DNA of 64,000 nt from Zootoca vivipara (lineage: Eukaryota). The stretch lies in contig NC_083277.1 in the NCBI RefSeq assembly GCF_963506605.1, forward strand, positions 51,956,001 through 52,020,000, written 5' to 3'. Positions 24,701 through 36,700 of this stretch are shown one piece after another. The position numbers and the translations under genes are program-made. The notes under the pieces are model-generated. The model saw only the letters and a list, made by a program, of their open reading frames with translations, did not search any database and was not told where the DNA came from. The number at the start of each line of letters is the position of its first letter. Within the stretch, counting starts at the first letter, position 1.

Positions 24701-27700
24701 CCCCTCCCCAGGCCCCCCCCATGTGTCGGTGACGACTGGAAGCCTAAAAACTCGGTGCTCTCCGAGCCCGTTGGTGTGAACACCTCCCCCCAGTCCTGCG
24801 AGCCCCCCCCTTCCGCCTGGGAGGACGGGAATCCCAAAAAGTCCGTGGCGTCAGAGCTGGTGGGGGTAAAAATGTTTTGCCAATCTGCTCCTTCCTCTGA
24901 CTGGGTGGATCTTGGCGACACCCATACCTCATCCTCTGGTTCCTCAAACTCCGCTTCCCAGCGCCATGGTGAGCTGTTCTCCCGTGCCTCCTCCTCCTCC
25001 CCCTCCCTTTCCATGTGCCAGGGCTTGGGTCTGTGGGGAAAGAGGGCGTGAAATTCTTCCACCAAGAATTCCTCCTGTATCTGAGTGGCGGGAACCCATT
25101 CATTCTGGGACGGTGGAGCATCCTCCCATGCCATGAGGTACTCCAGGCCCCCCACCCCCCACCTTGAATCCAGGATGGCCGTGGCCTCATTGAGTTGCTC
25201 CCTGCTTTCCCTCTCCCCCCCTCCCTCGGGGGTTTGTTCGCTGTCTCTGAGCCTGCTGCTTTCCCTGTACGGCGACAGCAGCGATCTATGAAACACTGGA
25301 TGCACCCTCATGTCCTCTGGCAGTGCCAGCCTGTATGCCACCGGGTTGACCTGTTGCGTGACCGTGAAGGGGCCCAGCCATTTGGGTGCCAGCTTTTTGC
25401 ACCTCCCTCTGGTGGGAAGGCCCTCCGAGGACAACCACACCTTGTCCCCCACCCTGATGACCTCCCCTTGTCGCCTGTGGCGATCTGCCCCCTTTTTGTA
25501 CGCTTCCTTGGCCCTCTCCAAGTGTTCTCTGAGCTGCTGGTGCACCGTCTCCAGTTCCTCTGCCCAATCCTCAGCCTGTGGGCCCTCCTCCTCCTCCTCC
25601 CTCTCCCTCTCTGGGAAAGATCTGAGGTCGCGCCCGTAATTGGCCTTAAAGGGCGACACCCCTGTGGAGACGTGCACTGCATTGTTGTAGGCAAATTCTG
25701 CTAGTGGCAAGCGATCCACCCAGTCCGTTTGCCGCTGGCTGACGTAGCATCTCAGGTACTGCTGCAGAATGGCGTTGACCCTCTCCGCTTGTCCGTTGGT
25801 CTGCGGGTGTCTAGCCGTCGACAAGCTGACCTCCACCTGCAGGAGGTTCATGAGCCGCCGCCAGAACCTGGAAACAAATTGGCGGCCACGATCCGAAATA
25901 ACCCTTAAAGGTAATCCATGCAGTCTGAAAATGTGATCAACAAACAGTTTGGCTGTCTCTTCTGCCGAGACTGCCCTGGCACACGGTATAAAGTGACACA
26001 TTTTGGACATGAGGTCCACCACCACCAACACTGCAGTCTTACCCCTGGACGAAGGCAGATCTGTGATGAAGTCCATGGACACCACTTCCCACGGCCTGTG
26101 TGGTGTGGCTAAGGGCTCCAGCAACCCTGGTGGCGCTGCTCTGACCACCTTCGCCCGCTGGCAGGTGGTACAGCCCCTTACATAGTCTCGAACATCTTCC
26201 CTCACCCCTGGCCACCAGAAGTGTCTCATGACTAGGTGAGTGGTCTTGTCCCTTCCAAAATGCCCCGCTGTAGGGTTGTCGTGCATCTGCTTGAGGACCG
26301 TACGTCGAAGCTGGGTGGTGGGTAGGTACAGCGCACCCTTGTAGAAAAGCAGCCCTCTGCGTTCTGCAAAGTCTTTTGCCTGCTCCCTCCCCCCTCTCAG
26401 TTCTCTGAAGATGCGGTTGGCAAATTCATCCGCTGCCGTCAGTGCTGTGAGTTCTGCCTCGCTCACCACTGCTGCTCCGCAGGACCATGCCGACGGGGGG
26501 AAAATGTGCCTTGGGGCTGGTGGCGCCTCCTCCTCCATGTACTCTGGCTTGCGGGAGAGGGCATCCGCCCTGACATTCTGCTCTCCTGGGATGTAGTGTA
26601 TGGAGAAGTTGAAGTTCGAGAAGAACTCCGCCCACCGTATCTGCCGCTGGTTGAGCACCCTGGCAGTTCTCCAGAACTCCAGGTTCTTGTGGTCTGTGCA
26701 CACCTGGATGGGGTGCTTGGCGCCCACCAGGAAGTGTCTCCAGTGCTGGAACGCCGCGTGGATCGCAAGAAGTTCCCGATCAAAAACTGTGTAGTTTCGC
26801 TCGGGCTGGGTCAACTTCCTGGAGAAGAAGGCACAGGGTCTCCACTCTCTGTTGGCGTCCAGTTGCAACAAAATGGCGCCCACAGCCTTATCAGAAGCAT
26901 CTGTTTCAATGCGTAGGGGCGCGTCCTGAACCACGTGGAACAGGTTCTGGTCTGAGGCGAACACCCTCTTGAGGCTTTAGAACGCTGCTTGCGCCTCTGG
27001 TGTCCACCTGAACTTCTGCTTGCCTCTCAGGCAGTCAGTGATGGGAGCCGTAACTCGAGAGAAGTTCTTGATGAACTTCCTGTAGAAGTTGGCAAAGCCT
27101 AGTAGGCGTTGGGCATCTTTGCGCGTCCTGGGGCTGTGCCAGTCCAGGATGGTCTGCACCTTGTCCTTGTCCATTGCCAGCCCCTTGTCTGACAGCTTGT
27201 AGCCCAGGAAGTCCACCTCCTTGGTGTGAAACTTGCACTTCTCCAGCTTCACATACAGGTGGTTCTCCTTCAGGCGCTGTAACACCTCCCTGACGTCCTT
27301 CACGTGCTGCACTGGGTCGTTGGAGTAAATAAGGATGTCATCCAGAAAGACCAAGCATTTCCTGAAGAGTAGGGACCCCAGGACGTGGTGCATGAAGGCC
27401 TGGAAGCATGCTGAGCCCCCTTGCAACCCGAAGGGCATCACCAGATATTCAAAAGAGCCCAGAGGCGTGAACATCGTGGTTTTCCACTCATCGCCTTCCC
27501 GGATCCTGATCAAGTTGTACGCCCCCCTCAGGTCTAGCTTGGTGAAAATCTTGCCTCTGCGTGCCGCTGTCAGGAGATCATCCACTCTGGGCATGGGGAA
27601 AGCCACTGGCTCTGTCACCGAATTCAGCCGTCTAAAATCCACCACAAGACGGCGCTGTTGCGTGTCTTTCTTGTCCACCCAGAAGACCGGGCTGCCCCCT

Positions 27701-30700
27701 GCTGCCTTGCTTTCTCTGATGAACCCCCGCTTGAGGTTCTTGTCGATAAAAGCGCGCAGATCCTCCAGTTCCTGGTCTGACATGGCGTACAGCTTGGCTG
27801 GGGGTATAGTTGCCCCAGGCACCAGGTTGATCTGGCAGTCAAAAGGCCTGTGTGGGGGCAGGTGGTCGGACTCCGCTTCACTGAAGACCTCCTGCAGGTC
27901 CCAGTATGGTTTGGGTATCGCCTCACCCCCTTTGACGTGCATGGTGGCCACCGTGGCTATCGGAGGCCCCTCCCCTGGTTGGTGCTGCATGCAATGTTCC
28001 AGGCAAAAGTCCGATCCAAAAGTGATGCATCTCTGATGCCAACTTATGGAGGGGTCGTGGCGCGCCAGCCAGCTCATGCCCAAAACGATTGGGGGGTCTG
28101 AGATGGTGGTGACGTTGAATGCCAGTGTCTCTGAGTGCCTTCCAACCGTCATTCTCATGGGGGGGGTTTGATGAGTGATGGCCCCTCCCAGCAGCTCTCT
28201 GCCGTCAATGGTTGCCACGTGCAGAGGAAAATCCAGCTGCAGAAGCTGGATCTGGTGCTCTTCTGCAAAGTTTCTCGAGAAGAAGTTGGCTGAGGCACCA
28301 CTGTCAATTAGGGCGAGGACCGTCAATGGATAGCCATTTGGGAGCGTGAGCGTCACTTCTAGAACCACTCCTGCTCTGGGAGGGGTGGGCTGGCTCTGCT
28401 CCTCTCTGTGCGGGTGGGTGGGCTGGGGCTGTTGTCTGCTGACTGTGCCTGGCTGCCGCCCCTTGTCTCCTGCAGCCAGGCTTTCCCGTTTCCCTGCTGT
28501 GGTGCTGCGTCAGTGGGGGAGGGCACAACCGTTCCCGCCTTTCCTTGCCACTCCCTGCGATGTGGGCAGTCTCTGACGAGATGCTGGGGGGAGTTGCAGA
28601 GAAAGCAATTCCCACCCCTTCCCTCCTTGCGTCTTGGCGCCGCTGGGGTTTGAAAAGCCCGCGCGCGCGCGCTATCAATCTGCATGGGTTCCTGGTCCTG
28701 ACTGGCCCCAGGCGTGGCTTGAAAGGGTTGTTGAGGGAGTGGCTTCTCCTGCGACCGTGGGAACCAAGCCCGCTTTGCGCGCGTTGCTTGCTTGTCGCTC
28801 CATCTGGATTCCTGCCTCACCCCCACCGCCAGAGCCGCTTTGCTCAGTTGATCCATATTACTGGGCTTTGGACCTCTCGAGAGCTCATCCTTCACCTCCT
28901 CATGCAACCCCAAGTAAAACGCCGCTTGCATTGGGGCAGACTCCAGATCCCACCCCAATCTGTGCACCAGCATGGTGAATTTCGCCCAATACGCGCGAAC
29001 TGTCATATTTCCTTGGCGTAAATTATGAAGTTCCTCCTTAGTCTGGTCCATATGACTATCGGACGAATACATCGTTTTCAAACCTTCTAGAAATAGTTTG
29101 ACATTCTTCATGCAAGGATTCCTTGTTGCAATTAACGGTCTTAGCCACTCCCTGGCCGCCCCTGTAAGGTGCTCCACAATAAACGCTACTCTGTGCTCAT
29201 CATCAGGGAACTCATCGTGGTGCAGCTCAAGAGCATACACAATCTCAGTCTCAAAGCCCTGAAACTCCTTCGGGTCTCCATTGAACTTGCTTACTAGGGT
29301 CCCGGCTCTCCTTCCTGGCAGCACTTGGACTTGGGGTGCCCCTCCCGCCTTGTTTTTCTCTGCATCCAGCTTGTTTTGGAGGTCTACCGCCACCGCCCTT
29401 AAATGCTGCTCTTTTTCCTGGAGCTCTCTCACCTGTTCCGCAAGTTGTAGCCGGTCGTCCTGGACCTTCTTAGTCTCCTCTTTAGCTGCCTTCAATTCTC
29501 CCTGCGCCTGCAGCGACAGCTGTTGCAGTTCTAGCTGGGCTTGCTCAGCGATCTGCCGCCACTTCTCCGCCTCTGACACGCTCATCCCGGCAACTCCAAA
29601 GTAGCCCAAAAATGATTAGGAGGTTGCTGTCACAGTGGCCGGAGTGGACTACTTCAGAGTAACGACGCTACGCAGCTCTGCATTTTATTCTTTTATTGGT
29701 GCTGCGTATTTACAGTGCTCAAGTCATTGCTATTTACACGGAGCGATGTTGTCAGTCGGTTTCAGAACCTCCTAATGGCTTTTGGCGCGTCTTTCTCCAA
29801 CACAAAAGCTTTGGCAGACCCATCCTCTTGCCCCTCCTCTTCCTGCGTAATTCTGGAGTTGGGGGGATGGGTCTTCCCCCCTTACTTGCCCCTTCCTGTC
29901 CCACCTGGGACCCTGGCTCCTCTACCTTGCCTGAGCCTCGGACACGACTTCCTGCTTCCCCACTGGAATCGGAACTCTCCCTGCTTTCCCCTTTGCTCGG
30001 GGACGGGCTTGAACTCAGGAGGGGAGGGACTTCGCGATATCCCCTGTCCCTCACAGGTTCCCTCCACCACCACACACTAATAAGTTTGGGCCTGATGTAT
30101 AGTGTGTCACTGTGCTAGGTAAAGGTAAAGGGACCCCTGACTATTAGGTCCAGTCGTGACCGACTCTGGGGTTGCGCGCTCAACTCACATTATTGGCCGA
30201 GGGAGCCGGCGTACAGCTTCCAGGTCATGTGGCTAGCATGACAAAGCCGCTTCTGGCGAACCAGAGCAGCACACGGAAACACCGTTTACCTTCCCGCTGT
30301 AGCGGTCCCTATTTATCTACTTGCACTTTGACGTGCTTTCGAACTGCTAGGTTGGCAGAATCGAACTGCTAGCTTGAACTGTGCTGATTACTTGCAAAAG
30401 CATTGTCATTGCTTGTGAAAGTCAATATTTGGAAGCCTACTGTAGAGAAACTATCAATATTAGGTAAAAAGTGGTCAGGGATAATGGGAGTTGGAGTTCT
30501 GTAACATCTGGAGGGCCACAGGCTCCCCATCTCTGAGATGCATAGTATTCAAGTCTTGATGGTAATCTACCAAATAGCTGTTCAAACTGTCGAAGTTACT
30601 CATTTGTGCTAAGAAGACAGTGATATATACATGCCAAGGTTCCAGCTTTTATGTACAGGGCAATAATATCCAAAGTGGTTAGTTTAAGATAAGTCATTTA

Positions 30701-33700
30701 GTGGACATTCCTTTCAAACCTGTTGGTCCATACGGGTTTGGAATTCCAGCAGAAACATGTTGATTGGCTGAAGGGAATATTACCCCAGGCTCAGGACTGT
30801 CGGGAGTTCAGTCTTCAGTAGGTTCAGTGAGGGAATTCAGAAGGAAGCCTAGAGACAGAACCCGAAGCTGGCAGCTGCTGAAGAGTGAGAGGTCAACATG
30901 GAAGGCTCTAGATGCTCGACAGAGAGGGAGCCTGTATGACTATAACTGGAATAACAGCATGCATCACATTAAACACTACCAAAATAAGACTAAAGAATTA
31001 TTTAACACGTAAAAAAATTAAATCTGAAAAACATCCAGAATAGAATCCAGCAGAATAAAATATCTGAAAAACACTCGGAATAAGATTCTGCATGCAGCCT
31101 TCGTATTTTCAGATAGCAATCAGATCAATTAGCATGCATCTTCCAAAATGCCTACAGACAGATACATTTTTCTTGCTGACTGAAAACTGATTTGCCTAAT
31201 TATATTTATTTATTTAAGGTAAATGCTATGTCACTGGTGTTAATTACCTCGAATCATTATACACCCAAATATCATTAGTGAAAGTCAATGTGTCTGTATT
31301 GGGGTGTGAGCAAAGACTTGCCTTACCCAAACTGGTGCCCTCTAGAAATTGCTGAACCCTCAACTCCCATCAGCTTCTGCCAGCATGGCCAATGGTCAGG
31401 GATGCTGAGAGTTGAAGGGCACCAACTTGGGAAGGCTGGCATAGACTCCTTTTCTTCACTGTGTAAATGTGTAAGGCTATAAAAGAGAGAGAGAAGGAAT
31501 GAAGATAAAGCCACATATACTGTATTGTTCTCTTTTCCTTTACTGAGTGCAGTTCACCCTGGTCTTATGTGAAACTGAGACTTTTAGTAGCACGTTATAC
31601 TTTATATTTAAAAACAAAACAAAACCCACAACCTGAAACAAGCTTTGGGCATATAGTGCTACTCTTAGGGAAATGCTGCCAGTTTTCATGCAGAAAAGTG
31701 GCAGCATAACAACAAAGAAAAAGCAATGGTAAAATAATGTTTTAAAACATGGCTGGGCCAAGTAAAAGTTAAGCTGTTTTAATACCATTGATTTTGGTGG
31801 GGGAATTGAGCACCTGCGTAGAACTCTGACACTGAATTAACTGTGCCTTGGACTGGATTGTGCTCTAGAATTTGATTAATAGAAGAGACTTTCCGGTGGA
31901 GCCCAGAATAAACAACAGGTTCTCTTTTCAAGCAGCTTGAAGCTACTTCTGAGGTTTTCCCTTTACTATCTGTACTGTTTTCAGCGTTGTAGCAACAGAT
32001 TATTTTCCTCTTCTCTAGACACGTTCAATATGAGAATGACTTTCCCTTCTATTTCTAGCTTTTGCGAACTGCAGAAGATGTAGCAAAAATGCAGGAAGAG
32101 CTAGAATTAGCACGCCCCCTGCTGGCTGAGGCTGCCCAAGACACGCTGGTAACCATGGAACAGATACAGGTACGCAGCAGGCCTTCAGACACTGTTGCAA
32201 AAGAGGCTGATGGTGCCCTGATAAAACAAGAAGGAGAAAAGAACCTGGACTTTGCCTTGTTAGCTTTAAGTTGGAGAAAGGGATGCCCATGTTGCATCTC
32301 TGCCTTGTTTTCACACTATACGTCCCACAGTTAAAATAATGGGGCAACACATTTGCCACAAGGACAGAAAACTTTTGTTGTTCTTTACTGCAAAAGGGGG
32401 TGCCATTTGGGTTTGTACTTTTGGCTCCAAAACCTGGCTTTTATACTAAACTCCAAATATTTAACCTTGCTATGTGAGGTGTGATGCTTATTTCAGACAA
32501 TCATGTTCATAAGAAGGACAGTCTCTTTATCTTTAGCCATGCATGCATAATAAAGAACTTGCAGCTACCATATACTACTTCCCAAGTGAGACAGGTAACC
32601 AAACACTGCAGGCTATCATTCTGTATCAGCAGTGTTCCTGTTCAGAGTTCTGGTCAGCTGTATCTGCTCCTAGCTCTTTTGAGAAAAGCATGTCCCTTGG
32701 GTGGTGGTGGTTGTTGTTGAATATTTTTCATGCTTTGGCAAACAATGACCTCATTAACACATCATGGTAAACCATAATTAATAGTTTACCGTGACTACAC
32801 TAATCCTGCTTGCTTTTTTCCAAGTGAGCAGGAAGAAAACAAACAAACCCCTGACTTAAAGTTTCATCTGAATTAGTGCTCATGGCTTGCTTCACTCCAA
32901 ACAAACATTAATCTGGTGTCCAAGTTTTTCTTTGGCTTAATGTGGGCTTGTGGCTTTTTTTTCGGGGCTGGGCTGGGGAGTGAAACAAGCCACAATCCTG
33001 TATTCAGATGTAATCCTAAAACAACTGTTGTGGTTTGTCGTCGTCCCCCCATGTGCTAGTGAGAGCCATGTGTTTAGGATTAGCCGTTAACTATGATTTA
33101 CCATGGCAGGCAGACTGGGCCTCTCACTGATACAGAAAAGGTGCTTCTAGCCCGTCCTGAAAGCATTTGTGATTCCAGATACCTTTGTGCTGCTGCAGGT
33201 AGACACGGCTGTAGCAGAAGAAACACGGAATGCTGTGCAGGCAGAGGAAATGAAAGCCAAAGTCAAAGCTCAGACCGCTCAGGCTATTGCTGATGACGCA
33301 CAGAAGGACCTGGCAGAAGCCCTGCCTGCCCTGGATGCTGCCCTTGCCAGCTTGAGGAACCTCAATAAAAATGATGTTACAGAGGTAAAAGCTATTCTTT
33401 CTCAACTCTGTTAGCAATACTTTCAACAAGAATGCTAGTCATACCAGTCTGTGCTTTACCATGGATACATGTTCAATAGTGACACCCCCTAAACACCCCA
33501 CCCATTCTGATTTTCAAACTTTTTTTCTTGTAAGTGAGTTGTAGCAGTTTATTCCTTTTGATAGCTGTCCCTGAAGAGGAATAATCTAATTCTTTTCAGC
33601 CAAAGGTATGTCATGCCCTTGGCCCAACCCTTTGGGTGCTGCACACTGGCAGAGGGGTCATATGCAGTGTGCACGCTCTCTCACCCACATCCCGGCCATC

Positions 33701-36700
33701 ACATACACAGACATGCAGATGCATGTACACAGATCAAACATTGCCCCTCACTCATCAAATGATAAATCTGATGAGGGACGGGGAGCAGTCTGCACTTGCT
33801 GGAGAGGCTGAAATGATGGGTAGCAGCATCCCTCTACTACGTTAACTCTTTGGACTCGAATGGTTTTATGGTAATGTTAGCATCTAGCTTCATTTCACTA
33901 GATGAGATGAGTAAGGGAAGTAAAAGCATAAATCACATCACGCAGCACAATCCTGTTCATGTCATTTCAGAAGTTAGTCCTATTGAATTCAATGGCCAAC
34001 TCCCTTTGAATAGATTATTGAGCCACTACAAAGCTTCCTAGCTGGAAAAAACATTGATAGCTGCTGAATACAGGCAGAAAATTAGTGCTACAGATCCTTG
34101 TCTCATTTTCTGTTCACTGACATTTGAAGATACATGCTGGGTTACTAGTATTATCTGGCACTTCCAGAAAATTTAGAGGGGCTATTGTCAGTTATGTTCC
34201 CCCTGTTCAAGAGTTGGGTTTATTTAGCCAGCTGTCAATTTGACTGATGTTGTGCCTAGAGATGATCTTAAGAGTTGAGTCATATGGAGATTTTTTAATG
34301 CTCTAGATGTGTACTTTTGCTATGCATGTGAAGACTTATTGTTAGTTGGTGTCCATCCCAACAAGTAGCTCATCTGTATTGTCAGGTGCCAGCAGCAGGT
34401 CACCAAAGCCTTGGATAGGTGTATTCAGATATGTGCAATATCTTGTAGTATGTCTTAATTGCATAGTGGAAAATGCAGTTATATTGAGCTACTGACTGGT
34501 GTATGAAAAGAGAGCCCCTCCATAACCTTACTTCAGAATTCTGGGGGAAAACATATTTTAACTTATGATAAAATGTGTGGATCCTGTTGGCAATGAAATT
34601 ATCTAAAAATAGGCTCCTATAATAAGTTATTATGACCAGTTTCCACCAGGATTCTGCAATGCCTGTCACCATATCCTATTTGAAAGGTAAAGGGAGATTG
34701 TGTTTCAATAATTATATTGCAACATTAGCATGTTTCTAGGCTAGTTGGCCCTTTAACAAATACAGTAGTTAAAATTAAAGTGAACATTACTTTTATTAGC
34801 ATATTTCAGTGAGTTGTTTTCAATATAAAACAAGCAATATACCTGAAACTGTTACACACTATATTTTCAGCCATGGAACTTCTTGTATTACCACAATTTA
34901 AGACGGCAAAAAATGGACCCTGACCATTAAACAATACCTTCTTGATTGTGCAACCAGGTTCTTCTTTCATCACAGTTTTTTTGAATAACATCAGTAATTG
35001 AGATAGAAAAATAGGTAGACAATAAATATGCAGGCAAGCAGAAAAGGGCATCGCCCCATCTTAGAAGTATGCACTGTAGCTTTTAGTTTTAACCAACATC
35101 TCAGGCCGCCCATCCATCACTACTTCCAACATTTTACTCAGACTCTGAAGTGAAAAAAACAGACTGTAGTTTAAGAGCCTTTTTTACCAAGTCATTGTAG
35201 GGAAGAATCAGGTATATGGATCAGGTCCAAATCAGTCTATTTTACAAAGAGAACATAGCAATGTAAGCTTTCATGAACAGGATTCTCCCTAAGGAGACTT
35301 TCCATTCAGTCTAGATGAAGATAAGATGTGACTACCTTCAAGCAAGCTGGAGGACTATTTTCTGCTGAACTACTCTCATGTGATTATACCAACACCTAAG
35401 AAAATGCCAGGGTCTGTTTCTCAGCTTCTTGCACCAGCTCCTTCAGCTGTTCTGGGTTAGTGAAGAAATGCATGTAGAGGCTGCGCTCAGTTTGCTGAAA
35501 GTGGCTCTGCAAGGATTTTTGCTTGGCCTTCACCTCACTCAAGGTGTCCATTAGCATTTGGTAGAGTTTGGCTTGTGTGGTGCAAAGCTGCTCCAGAGGT
35601 TCTTCTAGTCCCTTTAGAAAATAGGTGTCAAAACAAATAGGGGTTCAGAAGCAGCAGCACATATTTCTCCAATTTTCCATCATTTAGAAGTTTCACAGGG
35701 AGGGAAGTTTGCTACTTAAGGAGGACCAGGAGTCCCAAGAGTACAACACTTAATGGTGTAGCAAAAGCAAAGATCATTGTGTGCCATTAATTTGGTCTAT
35801 TCTTGTGATTATTAATAGATAATGCAGTATAGCAAGAAAAGGAAAATTCACACACATGATGGGCTACAGCTTTTGCTTACCTGAGCATGAAGCATTAGCT
35901 GGTTGCAGTCCCCATACATCAAACAGTGAAGTACCTCATTGTCAGACTCCAGTTTAGGAAGCTGGGAGTGTGGTGTGGCCAGCTGCACTTTGAGCATCCT
36001 GAGCTCCTGGCATAACCGGGAGCCCCAGCCTGCCAAGGCCCCATAGGCATGGAAGAGTTGCTTATCTTGACTGTGCCTGTTTAGCATCTCCCACAGCCTA
36101 AGGAGGAAAGGAATACATAAGACGCATCCATTAGAAGCTTTGGGAAATTGCATCCATGACAGTTCTTGGCCTTGTGACAGCGAGAAAAGAGAGAGATCCA
36201 TATACTTTGAAAGTGGCTGCGCTATAGATGACTAGAGTGACTATAGGACTGTGCTGGGTTTCTTGTAGATCTGCTGCTGCGAGAGAATTTTGAGTATTTG
36301 AAAGATTCAACCCGAGTCAGACTTGATGGTTGTTTAGCTGAATTAACAATTAGGAGTTTATATGTCGATTCATCTCAAAGTGATTTAAATCTACTGCATA
36401 AATGACTATGGCTCTTTACCAACACCCATTCTAGTGGGCTGCATAAAAGAAATGGGCGAGAAGGTCCTAACATATTTTATCTTCAATAGGTTATGCTTCA
36501 TTTTAGTCACATACCAGCTTATTTTTCTTTTCTAATGAGCCCCATTAGAAGTATTCCACCCTAAGGAAGTATTTCCTTGTTCCTAACACTTGCAGCCATT
36601 TGATACCTTTCCCCTGCCATAGCTCATCTGATCTTTACCGTAACATGGTGAGATCACTGGGGTCTATCAGAGTACGCGGGCATTGCTTAACAGAGAACCT

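Larger units (their letters stand above)
24246..30055 (-). mobile_element. Full-length Ty3/Gypsy chromovirus LTR retrotransposon (Tf1/sushi-like)
   Basis: TG..CA termini, 5-bp TSD GGTTC (24241-24245, 30056-30060), two 428-bp LTRs, gag-PR-RT-RH-IN-chromodomain order, PPT next to the left LTR. Confidence 0.97.

Noticed and set aside
23958-24779. 273-aa ORF suggesting a dynein-LTR fusion protein
   Set aside because: It is exon 24 read through its donor into the antisense LTR; DNAH1 continues in frame at 32059
27330-27355. RT motif FLDD instead of YxDD as an inactivating change
   Set aside because: F at this position occurs in functional Ty3/Gypsy RTs and both [13 protein letters not shown] intact
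24314-30118. Many + strand ORFs over the retrotransposon (e.g. 245 aa at 24314, 233 aa at 27335)
   Set aside because: Shadow ORFs of GC-rich gag/pol and LTR with no recognisable motifs; no env gene is evident
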